A DNA stretch of 64,000 bases, from positions 3,456,001 through 3,520,000 of the forward strand of contig CAVXRD010000002.1 in NCBI GenBank assembly GCA_963764165.1. Reading direction: 5' to 3'. Shown here piece after piece: positions 49,147 to 59,177 of this stretch. A program made the position numbers and the translations under genes. Source of the DNA: an uncultured Verrucomicrobiae bacterium (GTDB lineage Bacteria; Verrucomicrobiota; Verrucomicrobiia; Limisphaerales; Palsa-1400). Under the pieces are notes generated by a model. That model did not search any database, was not told the origin of the DNA, and saw nothing but the letters and a program-made list of their open reading frames with translations. The first letter of the stretch is position 1. Each line of letters opens with the position of its first letter.

Positions 49147-50028
49147 ATGAGTAATTCGGGTCGCAATGATCCCTGCCACTGCGGCAGTGGGAAGAAGTAT
49201 AAGAAATGCTGCTGGCGCGGCGCTGGGGTGGCGCAGCCTCGCGTCGCCGCCGCGGAAAATACTGAGGAACACTTTATCGCGGAATTGCGGCCTTATTTGG
49301 ATGAAAAGGTCGATCGCGCGCTGGCACGGCTTGAATCAGGCGCGGGCCGCGCGGTTGAGCCTGAAATCAAGGCGTTGCTCCAGAAGTATCCCCGCTATCA
49401 CCAGACGAATTATGCGATGGGTGTTTATCTGGCCACGATCACGAAAGACCCCCTCGGCGCAATGCCGTTTTTTGAGAAAGCGGTGCAAATCTTTCCGCCT
49501 TTTGCGGAGGCCCATTTTAATCTCGCAACTGCAGCCCGCCTGGCTGGCGATGTTCCTAAGATGGTGAGGGAGCTCCGAGCCACGCTGCGTTACGCCAAAT
49601 CGGGTGGTGAACTGGAGCGGATGGCGCAGAATGAACTCGATTTTCTAGAAAAAATTGTTCTCGAAGCAGGGCCCTTCACCTCTTTGGATGCGTATATGGC
49701 GAACGCGGAGCTCTTTGATGAAGCCTTCCAATGTTTGAACGCGCGGGATTTCGAAAAGGCAGCGCAGCTTTTCCGCCGTGTCCTAGCCGATAATCCCAAT
49801 CATGTGCAATCTTTCGGGAATCTGGCCCTGGCACTTGCCGGGCTGGGCCAGCGAGCCGCCGCGCTGAAATGTCTTGATCGCGCCCTGGAGCTCGACCCCG
49901 GATACGAACCGGCCATCATCAACCGCCGCGGTATTGCGCAAATGCGCGAAGGAGAACCCTTTTCCCCAGCCGCGATCCAGGAGACGCATAATTACAGCGA
50001 AAAGCTCAACCGGGAGAAGGCGCTTTGA
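49147..50028 (+). CDS. SEC-C motif and TPR repeat protein
   Basis: GRNDPCHCGSGKKYKKCC; TPR motifs. Confidence 0.88.
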   Translation: MSNSGRNDPCHCGSGKKYKKCCWRGAGVAQPRVAAAENTEEHFIAELRPYLDEKVDRALARLESGAGRAVEPEIKALLQKYPRYHQTNYAMGVYLATITKDPLGAMPFFEKAVQIFPPFAEAHFNLATAARLAGDVPKMVRELRATLRYAKSGGELERMAQNELDFLEKIVLEAGPFTSLDAYMANAELFDEAFQCLNARDFEKAAQLFRRVLADNPNHVQSFGNLALALAGLGQRAAALKCLDRALELDPGYEPAIINRRGIAQMREGEPFSPAAIQETHNYSEKLNREKAL

Positions 50029-50029
50029 G

Positions 50030-50149
50030 CGGAGCGCGGCTGTGTTCGAAGGAGCGAAGCGACGAAGAATCAGCCGCAGCGCGTGGCGATCCATCGGTGC
50101 GTCTCTCGGTTCAACGTGCTGCGACTGGTCTGCGACACAGTCGCGCTCC
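50030..50149. repeat. REP-like inverted repeat between convergent genes
   Basis: GGAGCGCGGCTGTGT...CAGCCGCAGC / GCTGCGACTG...ACACAGTCGCGCTCC. Confidence 0.6.
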
Positions 50150-50159
50150 CACGCTTGCG

Positions 50160-51473
50160 TCAAATAAACTCGTTGATCAGATTTTCCAGAAATTCCTGGC
50201 GGCCGCTGGTGTTGGCGGCGGGCTCGCCTTTTTTGAGCATGTATTTTTCCAATGACGCAAAACTGCTCTTCCCTGATTCGATTTCCTTGCCGATGCCGCT
50301 GTCCCACGAGGCGTAGCGCTGGCGCACGAATTCCGCCACACGCCCGTCCTTGCGGATGGCGGCGGCGATTTTGAGGCCGCGCGCAAAGGCGTCCATGCCG
50401 CCGATGTGCGCGTAAAATAGATCAATGGCCTCGAAACTTTCGCGCCGCACTTTCGCGTCGAAGTTTACGCCGCCGGTGGCCAGGCCGCCTGCGTTCAAAA
50501 TCGAAAGCATGCATTGCGTTGTCAAATAAATGTCGGTCGGGAATTGGTCGGTGTCCCAGCCCAGCAGCAAGTCGCCGGTATTGGCGTCGATGGAGCCGAG
50601 GGCGTTGGCGGCGGCGGCGACTTCCAATTCGTGCTGCATGGTGTGGCCGGCCAGGGTGGCGTGGTTTGTTTCCAGGTTCAGCTTCAGGTGATCCAGCAAA
50701 TCGTATTCGCGCAGGAAATTCAGGCAGGCCGCCGCGTCGGAATCGTATTGATGCTTGGTCGGCTCCTTGGGTTTGGGCTCGATGTAGAATTGGCCCGCAA
50801 ATCCGATTTTCTTTTTATAATCAACGGCCATGCGGAGGAATTTGGCCAGATGATCCAATTCGCGTTTGAGGTTGGTGTTCAGCAAAGTGGAATAGCCCTC
50901 GCGCCCGCCCCAAAAGACGTAGCCGGCCCCGTCTAATTCGTGTGTGATCTCGAGCGCCTTTTTGACCTGCGCGGCAGCGTAGGCGAAGACATCGGCATTG
51001 CAACTGGTGGCCGCGCCGTGGGCAAAGCGGGGATGCGCGAACAAACACGCCGTGCCCCACAATAATTTAATTCCCGTGCGCTTCTGCTCCTCCTTCAGCA
51101 CCTTGGCGACGGCATCGAGGTTCTTGTTCGATTGGGCCAGCGTTGAGCCTTCGGGGGCAACGTCGCGATCATGGAAGGCGTAAAATGGCGCGCCCAGCTT
51201 TTCAAAAAATTCGAAAGCCACGCGCACGCGGCGGCGGGCGTTGTCAAGCGAATCGCTGTTGTCGTCCCAAGGGCGATGGATGGTGGGCGCGCCGAACATA
51301 TCGGCCCCACGCCCGCGCATCGTGTGCCAATACACGACCGAGAAGCGCAAGTGGTCGCGCATCGTCTTGCCTTCAATAACTTCCTCTGCGCGGTAATGCT
51401 TGAACGCGAGCGGATTTTTGGAATTGGGGCCTTCGTATTGGATTTTTGATATATTGGGAAACGCGGATGCCAT
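50160..51473 (-). CDS. xylA: Xylose isomerase (class II)
   Basis: [33 protein letters not shown]. Confidence 0.97.
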   Translation of the reverse strand: MASAFPNISKIQYEGPNSKNPLAFKHYRAEEVIEGKTMRDHLRFSVVYWHTMRGRGADMFGAPTIHRPWDDNSDSLDNARRRVRVAFEFFEKLGAPFYAFHDRDVAPEGSTLAQSNKNLDAVAKVLKEEQKRTGIKLLWGTACLFAHPRFAHGAATSCNADVFAYAAAQVKKALEITHELDGAGYVFWGGREGYSTLLNTNLKRELDHLAKFLRMAVDYKKKIGFAGQFYIEPKPKEPTKHQYDSDAAACLNFLREYDLLDHLKLNLETNHATLAGHTMQHELEVAAAANALGSIDANTGDLLLGWDTDQFPTDIYLTTQCMLSILNAGGLATGGVNFDAKVRRESFEAIDLFYAHIGGMDAFARGLKIAAAIRKDGRVAEFVRQRYASWDSGIGKEIESGKSSFASLEKYMLKKGEPAANTSGRQEFLENLINEFI

Positions 51474-51516
51474 AAATTTCGTTGCTTGATGTTTGTTTGT
51501 TCAAAAACACTATCTC

Positions 51517-53118
51517 TCATTCACTCCCAAATGACATCCCCGGTTTCGGGGACGGCGGTGAGCGGCGGGCGGTGAGTTCGTTCGCCATTTCAATCGTCAG
51601 CCGCTTGTTGAGGGAGTAAGCTGTCAATAAAATGGTGCAGATGGTGAATAATATCCCCACGACGATGCCGCTGCAAACCCGATAACCCGCCACGGTGGCC
51701 GCCGCATCCGGCAATTTGGTGTCGTAGTTGAAAAGGCCGGCCATGATCCACAGCAGGCCGGCGGAGCCAAGCGCTAGGCCGGACTTCAAGGCGAATCCAA
51801 TGGTGGCAAACACCATGCCGGTGAAGCGGTGCCCCGTTTTCCATTCGGAATAATCGGCGACGTCCGCGAAAATCGCCCATATCAGCGGAATGGTTGGCGC
51901 GTAAACGATTGAGCCGATGATCGTCATGGCCACCATGCCGGAAGTGTTTGCTGGCGCGAGCAGGTAAAAAGCAAACGCGTTCACCGCCGACAGGCCAAAG
52001 CCCGCAACTGCCACGGCTTTCTTCCCAAATTTTTTTGCCAGCGGCGCGGATAGCATGATGACGACGATGGTGACCGCCGTGCCCAGCATGTTAATGAGGC
52101 TGTTGAAAACACCGGCGACTTCGTCGGCGCGAAATTGGCCCGGCGCGCCATGCACGATGTAACCGAGCGTCTCCAAAATTCCGGGCTTCGGCAAGCCGGG
52201 CGGAGCGACGAGACCGAGCTTCTGCAAGACGGCAAACATCGCGCCTGGATCCGCATAGTGGTGATAATAATTATAAAGCGCGCCGCCGCGGAACGACAGG
52301 ATCGCGAAATGCACCAGCGTCATCGCGAACATGACTTTCCACGGGTTGTTCTTGAACAAATCGGCGAAGTCCTGGCGCGGCGAAGTTTTCGCCTGGGCCA
52401 CCGGTTGAACACGTTCCCTGGTGGTGAGAAAAGTGATGAGGAAAAGGACGAGACATAACAAAGCCCATATCGTCATTGTGGCTTGCCACCCGTATTGCTT
52501 GTCCTCCAGGGCAACATCGTGCTTCCCGGCATGGCTGGCCGCGAACTTCGCCACCAGCGGCAGCGTGAAACCGCCGACAATGAATTGCGCAATGTTCACG
52601 GCGATGAAACGGTATGAGTTCAATTTCGCTCGCTCATTCAAATCGCCAGTGATGACGCCCCCGAGCGCGGAATAGGGCATGTTGTTCATGGAGTAAAGCG
52701 TCATCAACATCATGTTGGTAAAGAGCGCATAGAGGACCAACCCGCCGTGGCTCCAACCATGCGGCGTGGTGTAGGCGAGCACCATGAAAAACGCCCACGG
52801 AACAGCCGTCCAGATAATCCATGGCCGGAATTTGCCCCAGCGCGTTTCCGTGCGGTCGGCAAGGACGCCCATGATGGGATCGAACACCGCATCCCAGAGG
52901 CGCGGCCAAAGAAGAATCGCGGCGGCGGCGCCCGCGGTGAGGCCCAGTGTATCCGTGTAGAAATTTGTCTGGAACAGGATCATCGTCATGAAGACGAAAT
53001 TGGCGGCGGCGTCAGCGCCGCAGTATCCGGCCTTTTCGAGGAACGAGAGTTTTTGGTTCGCGGAGTCCACGTCAGACGAAAGGTAGGAATGCCTCGCCGA
53101 GGCGTCCGCAGATGGCAT
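51517..53118 (-). CDS. GPH-family (glycoside-pentoside-hexuronide) MFS transporter
   Basis: EKAGYCGAD, DPIMGVLADRTETRWGKFRPW, ADVADYSEWKTG. Confidence 0.9.
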   Translation of the reverse strand: MPSADASARHSYLSSDVDSANQKLSFLEKAGYCGADAAANFVFMTMILFQTNFYTDTLGLTAGAAAAILLWPRLWDAVFDPIMGVLADRTETRWGKFRPWIIWTAVPWAFFMVLAYTTPHGWSHGGLVLYALFTNMMLMTLYSMNNMPYSALGGVITGDLNERAKLNSYRFIAVNIAQFIVGGFTLPLVAKFAASHAGKHDVALEDKQYGWQATMTIWALLCLVLFLITFLTTRERVQPVAQAKTSPRQDFADLFKNNPWKVMFAMTLVHFAILSFRGGALYNYYHHYADPGAMFAVLQKLGLVAPPGLPKPGILETLGYIVHGAPGQFRADEVAGVFNSLINMLGTAVTIVVIMLSAPLAKKFGKKAVAVAGFGLSAVNAFAFYLLAPANTSGMVAMTIIGSIVYAPTIPLIWAIFADVADYSEWKTGHRFTGMVFATIGFALKSGLALGSAGLLWIMAGLFNYDTKLPDAAATVAGYRVCSGIVVGILFTICTILLTAYSLNKRLTIEMANELTARRSPPSPKPGMSFGSE

Positions 53119-53160
53119 GGTTCGCGCGCAACCGGACGCCTCGGCGAGGCGTCCCTACCT
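53081..53160. repeat. GTAG-family REP inverted doublet overlapping the transporter start
   Basis: AGGTAGGAATGCCTCGCCGAGGCGTCCG ... CGGACGCCTCGGCGAGGCGTCCCTACCT. Confidence 0.75.
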
Positions 53161-53194
53161 TGGAAAGATTTGCGCCCAATTCCATATCTTCAGA

Positions 53195-55516
53195 TTACCC
53201 GGAGACTGTCAGGGTGAGCTTCTGCAAATCCTCACAACGAGAGGATGTTCCCACCATGATTTCAAATTCGCCGGGTTCAACCACATACTCCATATCGACA
53301 TTGTAGAAGGCAAGCGATTCGGGCGTGATGTCCAGCGCAATGGTCGTCGTTTCGCCAGGTTGCAGCGAAATCTTCTGAAAGCCCTTCAATTCCTTCACCG
53401 GCCGCGTGACGGAACTCACACGATCGCGAATATACATTTGGACAACTTCTGTTCCCGCGCGTTTTCCGGTGTTGGTGACGTCGACGAAGACGCGGGTTGC
53501 AGCATCGCGTTTGATTTTTTTCTTTGCGAGGCGGGCCGTTCCGAGCTTGAACGTTGTGTAGCTTAGGCCGAACCCAAATGGGAAAAGCGGTTGGGCGTCG
53601 TCCCACAAGAATCCGCGCCGGGCGGACGGTTTGTGGTTGTAAAAGATGGGCAACTGGCCGACCGAACGGGGAATGCTGATCGGCAATTTGCCGCCTGGAT
53701 TGTGGTCTCCGAATAGAACGTCAGCCACAGCGGAGCCGCATTCCTGCCCAAGATACCAGCATTCAAAAACGGCCTGCGCTTTCTCGACGAGATTGTTGAC
53801 AGAGAGAGGACGGCCATTGAACAGCAGCGCAACGATGGGTTTGCCGGTTGCCGTCAACGCATCCACAAGTTCGTCTTGACGCCCCACCAGATCGAGGCTG
53901 GCGCGGTCGCCGAGGTGCGTGCGCGACCACGCTTCGCGCGAAGTTTGCTCGTTGCCGCCGCCGGCGAGAATGATGACGTCGGCCTTCCGCGCCACCTTGA
54001 CGGCTTCGGCGATTTGCCGGCGGTCCTCCGCCGGATTGCTGGCGACGACTTCGTCCATTTGCCATGATCCACCGACGGTAATTTTGCAGCCCTCGGCGTG
54101 GAGCACGTTTGCTTTTCCGGCAAGTTTCGCTTCGATACCCTCAAGCACGGTGACGTTATGTTTTGGCGCACCGCTGTATCCGCCGAGAAGCCGACGGTTC
54201 GCATTCGGTCCGATGACGGCAATCGTTTTGATCTTCGCGGCGTCGAGGGGAACAACGTCGTTTTCGTTCTTGAGCAAAGTGATTGTTTCCCGCGCCGATT
54301 GGAGCGCAAGCTCGCGGTGCGCATCGCAACCGGCGACTCGCTCGGCTTCGTTGGGATCAGCGTAAGGATCGTCGAACAATCCCATCTTGAATTTCCACAG
54401 CAGCATCGGCGCGACCAAATCGTCGATTTGTTTCTCGGTGAGGACGCCCATTCGCACGAGTTCAATGATGTGCAGATAGCAATCCGGCTCGGGAAATTCA
54501 ATGTTGACGCCGGCTTCCACAGCGAGGCGGCAGGCTTCCTTTTTGTCGCCAGCAACGACGTGGCTGTGCGTGCCGGGGCGGCTGCTCAATTCCCAAATCG
54601 CGTAATAATCGGAAACCACAAAACCAGTGAATCCCCATTCTTTGCGCAGCACGTCGCGCAGGAGCCATTGGCTGGCGTGCGACGGCACCCCGTCAATTTC
54701 GTTGTAACTCGCCATCACGCTGATGCAATTGGCCTTCTTTATGCAGTCCATGAACGGATGCAAAAACGTCTCGCGCAGGACGCGCTCGGAGATGTTGGCG
54801 GGGGCGCAATTCTGGCCGGACTCCGGCTGGCCGTGCGCCGCAAAGTGTTTTAACGTGGCAATCACCCGCGTCTTATCCTTGAAACTCGCGTCTCCCTGAA
54901 ATCCGCGAACGGCCGCGATGCCGAGTTGGGTGTTGAGATGCGGGTCCTCACCGAATGTTTCTTCGACACGACCCCAACGCGCATCGCGCGCGACATCGAC
55001 CACCGGCGTGAGCGCCTGGTGCGTTCCGCGAATGCGGGCCTCGTGGGCCGTCATCGAGTAAAGCGCCTCGACAAGTTTGGGATTGAACGTTGCGCCAAGG
55101 CCAATGGGCTGCGGGAAGCTTGTGCTTTCGTTGGCGGCGAGGCCGTGCAGACATTCTTCGTGAAAAAAAACGGGAATTCCGAGACGCGATTCTTCGAGGA
55201 AAAACTTTTGGATGGCATTTGTAAGCTCGGCCATTTGCCGCGCGGTCCGACCCAGCCATGGCGTGGTGGCGGGAGCGCCGGCATCACTCGGGCGGCCAAC
55301 TTGGCCGATGCCATGCCCTGATTTGAATGCGGCGCGCGCCTTGGCGAGGTCGAAATTGCCTTTGGCATCAACGAGCTTCTGGCTTTTCTCCTGCCAGACG
55401 CATTGCATTTGCGCCGCTTTCTCGGCGAGCGTCATCCGTTTCAAAAGATCCTTGACGCGCCGGGCGGGTATGGCGCCGGGATTCTTGTAAAGAGGAATTT
55501 TCTTTGTGCTGGCCAT
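53195..55516 (-). CDS. GH3 beta-glucosidase/beta-xylosidase (cytoplasmic)
   Basis: RLGIP, HEECLHG, WGRVEETFGED, KHFAAHG, VVSDY, FPFGFGLSYT, FN3-like tail. Confidence 0.95.
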   Translation of the reverse strand: MASTKKIPLYKNPGAIPARRVKDLLKRMTLAEKAAQMQCVWQEKSQKLVDAKGNFDLAKARAAFKSGHGIGQVGRPSDAGAPATTPWLGRTARQMAELTNAIQKFFLEESRLGIPVFFHEECLHGLAANESTSFPQPIGLGATFNPKLVEALYSMTAHEARIRGTHQALTPVVDVARDARWGRVEETFGEDPHLNTQLGIAAVRGFQGDASFKDKTRVIATLKHFAAHGQPESGQNCAPANISERVLRETFLHPFMDCIKKANCISVMASYNEIDGVPSHASQWLLRDVLRKEWGFTGFVVSDYYAIWELSSRPGTHSHVVAGDKKEACRLAVEAGVNIEFPEPDCYLHIIELVRMGVLTEKQIDDLVAPMLLWKFKMGLFDDPYADPNEAERVAGCDAHRELALQSARETITLLKNENDVVPLDAAKIKTIAVIGPNANRRLLGGYSGAPKHNVTVLEGIEAKLAGKANVLHAEGCKITVGGSWQMDEVVASNPAEDRRQIAEAVKVARKADVIILAGGGNEQTSREAWSRTHLGDRASLDLVGRQDELVDALTATGKPIVALLFNGRPLSVNNLVEKAQAVFECWYLGQECGSAVADVLFGDHNPGGKLPISIPRSVGQLPIFYNHKPSARRGFLWDDAQPLFPFGFGLSYTTFKLGTARLAKKKIKRDAATRVFVDVTNTGKRAGTEVVQMYIRDRVSSVTRPVKELKGFQKISLQPGETTTIALDITPESLAFYNVDMEYVVEPGEFEIMVGTSSRCEDLQKLTLTVSG

Positions 55517-56172
55517 CAGAGGTTATTTATGTTCTCGGAGCGGGGTTTGGAGCGGAAATATTTTGCGGCCGCCTCCGTCCGGCAGCGCACATGAAGCTTT
55601 TCGTAAATGTGCATCAAGTGAGTCCGCACGGTGGAAAAACTGATGTTCAATCGTGCGCCAATTTCCTTGTTGGCCATTCCCTCCGCCAGCAGCGCGAGAA
55701 TCTCCAATTCGCGGGTGGAAAGCCCGGCGGTTTCATCCGGCGCCGACGAAGTTTCCAGAAACGAACGGACGACCATGCGCGCGATTTCACTCGTCATCGG
55801 CGCGCCGCCGGAACGGACTTCGGCGATGGCGTCGAGGATTTCCGTTTCATCGCAACGCTTGAGAACGTAGCCGCAGGCGCCCGCTTTTAACGCCTGGAAA
55901 ATCATGTTGGTGTCCTTGTAGACCGTCAGCATGATGACTTGGACGTTTGGCAACTTTTCGCGCAGGCGCGCCGTGCAGACAATGCCCGATTCGCCGGGCA
56001 GATGAATGTCCATCAGCACGACGTCCGGCTTGAGCGGAGGAATCTTGATCAGCGCCTCTTCGGCGGAACCGCACGCGCACACGCATTTGTGGCCCGGCGA
56101 CGAAGCCAGGTAATCCGCGAGGAATTGCCGGAAAGTGGCATTGTCCTCAACAATGGCGATGCGCGTTGCCAC
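55516..56172 (-). CDS. NarL/LuxR response regulator
   Basis: IVEDN, LMDIHLP, LSTRELEIL HTH; TGATG coupling to GH3; start uncertain (ORF extends to 56262). Confidence 0.92.
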   Translation of the reverse strand: MATRIAIVEDNATFRQFLADYLASSPGHKCVCACGSAEEALIKIPPLKPDVVLMDIHLPGESGIVCTARLREKLPNVQVIMLTVYKDTNMIFQALKAGACGYVLKRCDETEILDAIAEVRSGGAPMTSEIARMVVRSFLETSSAPDETAGLSTRELEILALLAEGMANKEIGARLNISFSTVRTHLMHIYEKLHVRCRTEAAAKYFRSKPRSENINNL

Positions 56173-56188
56173 GGGATTTATAACTGCG

Positions 56189-56293
56189 ACTGATTCTCCA
56201 ACCAACAATGCCGACATACGAGATAAAATTTGCTGTGTTGACGAGCTTACGGCTTGAGCCATGCAAAAGTGAATCGGTCAAACGTCGTATGCG
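56189..56293 (+). repeat. 105-bp direct repeat, copy 1
   Basis: Aligns without gaps to 56868-56972. Confidence 0.85.
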
Positions 56294-56342
56294 GAAAAGA
56301 GTTTCAGTTGCATTTTCTTTGCAGGGGATGGACAATTGAAGC

Positions 56343-56528
56343 ATGAGCAGCCGAGAAACGGTCATCGAATTTGTCCGCAAGCTGCCGGAACAAATGTCAC
56401 TGGCGGAAATCGCCCGCGAGGTGGAACTGTTGGCCGGTCTTCATGCTGCCCGCGAACAAGCACGCCGCAATGAGGGCATTCCGGCAGAGGACGCCCACAA
56501 GTTTGTGGACGCATGGGCTTCAAAGTAA
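56343..56528 (+). CDS. Putative antitoxin
   Basis: 61 aa, overlaps a RelE/ParE toxin gene. Confidence 0.75.
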   Translation: MSSRETVIEFVRKLPEQMSLAEIAREVELLAGLHAAREQARRNEGIPAEDAHKFVDAWASK

Positions 56529-56821
56529 TTCTCACGCCGCAGGCCATATGCGACTTGGAGGCCGTCGTCAGTTTCATCGCCAATGATAATCCCGAACGCG
56601 CCCGCACCTTTGGCCATGAATTGATCGACCGCGCGCTCTCCATCGCCGCTTTTCCGGAGCGGGGCCGTGTGACGCCGGAGGTTGGAGAGGCTGCCGTGCG
56701 CGAAATTGTTCACGGCTCATACCGCATCATCTATGAGATTTTTTCAGACGCAGGCTTCATTTATGTGCTGCGTTTTTGGCATGGAGCCAGAGGAGAGCCT
56801 GTCATCAGAACCGAGCCGTAA
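56513..56821 (+). CDS. RelE/ParE family toxin
   Basis: A..DL....FIA.DNP..A, FPERGR, YRIIY, LRFWHGAR. Confidence 0.9.
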   Translation: MGFKVILTPQAICDLEAVVSFIANDNPERARTFGHELIDRALSIAAFPERGRVTPEVGEAAVREIVHGSYRIIYEIFSDAGFIYVLRFWHGARGEPVIRTEP

Positions 56822-56867
56822 CAGCGCACGAACTTGCCTTGCAACCGGAAATGGCGGCATTTCCGCC

Positions 56868-56972
56868 ACTGATTCTCTAACCAACCATGCCGACACACGA
56901 GATAAAATTTGCTGTGAGGACGAGCTTACGGCTGGTGCCGCGCCAAAGTGAATCGGTCAAACGTCGTATGCG
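56868..56972 (+). repeat. 105-bp direct repeat, copy 2
   Basis: Aligns to 56189-56293. Confidence 0.85.
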
Positions 56973-57256
56973 AGTGAGCGCCTTTTTGTGGCAAAGGTTA
57001 TCTGACCGATTTTCGAGCACTTGGCCAATCGAATTCAGTTCGCAAGAACCGTATTTGCCCTCGCGCTGTTCATTTATTTAACAATCCGCCGTGCGTGCTC
57101 TGTGGGAAGCCAGGATGGGATACAATTTGGCCGGTTGACAATGGATCGGCTATTGCAACAATTGGATTTCTGCAAGGTTTTGCAACGACGGAAGCATCGA
57201 TCTTTGGCGATGATCGCGCTCGAAACAATGCGGCGCTGCCGGGGTTTGATTGACTA

Positions 57257-58186
57257 ATGATAAAATTGTGGCCAAAAAAAACAACAGAACTCGGCGCGAA
57301 AAGACTTTTTGCGCGAGTTGTGAGTTTGATCTCGCTGGGCTTTTTTCTCAGTCATGCCTGTGTTGCCCAAGAGTTCGAGGTCGCGGGGACTTTGACTGTC
57401 ACGACGGAGCGGCGAGAGAAGGTGGTGCAGAAAACGACTCGGACATTCGTTGTCGATGTAAAGAATTCGCAATTCAAAATGGATTCTGTGTCGGGAGATT
57501 CGAATTCTCGCCTCACGTATGTCCTAGATGGTCAAAAACTTTACCAGCTTTCGCTGGACCACGTGCCGCAAAACGCAGCCTCATATCAATTTCCAAGTTT
57601 TGTTCGGCCCGCTTCGATGCCCATAGCGGACGATGGCTCTTGCCATAATGAACTCTGGCTTGCCTATGCGTCGCAAAACTTCTTCAAGAGTTTTACGAAC
57701 GAACTGGTGCTGGCTTTGTGGTCATCCGGTCCGAATTTCCCATTCGTTCCATACCTGAACCTCCAGTTTACGACAAACCAGGACAAATTGGGATTGCCGA
57801 AAGCTGCGACCTATATCGATCCAACGTATCCCGGCAAGATTTATACCAATGCAACCTACCGAGTGCTTGCAACAACCAACATCAATGGAATGCTGATACC
57901 CATGGAATTCGAATTTGTTCGCTACGCCTATGACTCTCCGGGCCGCCTTCTCCCATTTGAGACATTTCACGGGTTGGTCTCGCAGGTAGCGACCAACGTA
58001 GGCAACGCGTCATTACAGCCAGCTTTTCTCGGGATCTCGGACGTTTATGATTATCGCCCTTTGGCCCGGGAATTCCTGAGCCCAAAGATGACCAATCGTG
58101 ACTACGTTCATTATAGGGTCACAAATGGCATCTGGCCCCAAGTATCGGCGCCGGTCGGCTCCCCTGCACAGAAAGGCGCGTATTAA
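57257..58186 (+). CDS. Exported hypothetical protein
   Basis: Signal peptide; 309-aa ORF in a lower-GC stretch. Confidence 0.65.
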   Translation: MIKLWPKKTTELGAKRLFARVVSLISLGFFLSHACVAQEFEVAGTLTVTTERREKVVQKTTRTFVVDVKNSQFKMDSVSGDSNSRLTYVLDGQKLYQLSLDHVPQNAASYQFPSFVRPASMPIADDGSCHNELWLAYASQNFFKSFTNELVLALWSSGPNFPFVPYLNLQFTTNQDKLGLPKAATYIDPTYPGKIYTNATYRVLATTNINGMLIPMEFEFVRYAYDSPGRLLPFETFHGLVSQVATNVGNASLQPAFLGISDVYDYRPLAREFLSPKMTNRDYVHYRVTNGIWPQVSAPVGSPAQKGAY

Positions 58187-58900
58187 TTTGATTCGTGAAA
58201 GGGAGATAAGCGTAAAGGGTCAGTCTTAGAAAAATGACTGTTTTGCTTTCTCATCCGGCCCCTTTTGTTGATAGAAGGCATTGCCGGCGTCCTTCCTTTT
58301 GACACTTTTGTATCCGGAAATGGGAATAAGTCTTGATCCGCTGCCATTCGCGCCGGGGTCGTAAAAAATCGCATTGCCCGTCTCCAATGCCGAATGCATC
58401 CGAGAGTCGAGCGAGCGCCGCTGCGCTCAACTACCGGCTGCACTCTGCCAGTCCCTTCCGGGATAACGGTCTGCCGACAATATTTTTGCCTCCGCTCCTG
58501 CCCGGACAATCGATGTTTTCGTTTGTCATGTCGCCACAATACCACTTAATCGTGCAATTGCAATATTAATTGACGCAACAGGCTTCCAGGCCTATTTTTC
58601 TCCCTGTCGCCTTCAGGGCGTGTTCTTTGACATTTTCCATTCATTTCAGGCCGCGAGGAACCTCTGCGTTCTCAGCGCCTCTGCGCGCGATTGCGTTTCA
58701 TGCCGCGATTAAACCAAACCGCGCCCACAGGGTGAAAAGAACGCTCGCGCAGAGAAGATGAGTGCGGAGAGGAACAGAAATCGTGATTGGGGCATTGCAG
58801 GCTATTGCACCCTATTGCACTTTTGGTTTTCGCGACGATACGGGCGCACTTTATATGGGCAACCGGGGCGGTCGCGCACCGAAAATGCGCACCCCAGAAG

Positions 58901-59030
58901 AAATGTAGCGGTTGTGTAGCGGTCTTGTAGCGGTATTTGTTGCCCTTTAAATACCTTATAATCAACGATGTAGCGGCTGTAGCGGGTTTTTGGAGATTAT
59001 ATATAATCAGGAACGCCCAAACTCAGGAAT
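58901..59030 (+). repeat. Dispersed element with six phased TGTWGC motifs (copy 2)
   Basis: Motifs at 58904, 58915, 58926, 58938, 58969, 58978, then TGGAGATTATATATAATCAGGAAC. Confidence 0.75.
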
Positions 59031-59040
59031 GGAAGGGAAA

Positions 59041-59177
59041 GCCGCAGATGGACGCAGATCAACGCAGACAAGAATTGTGCAGCCAAACATGAAACGGGCG
59101 AAGTTGAGGCGACCTGCGGACGCTTGGAATACAGACCCCTTTTCCCCAATCTGCGTTAATCTGCGTTCATCTGCGGC
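59041..59177. repeat. 137-bp MITE-like element with CGCAGAT-type terminal repeats (copy 2)
   Basis: Same length and internal sequence as the reverse complement of 3226-3362. Confidence 0.8.
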
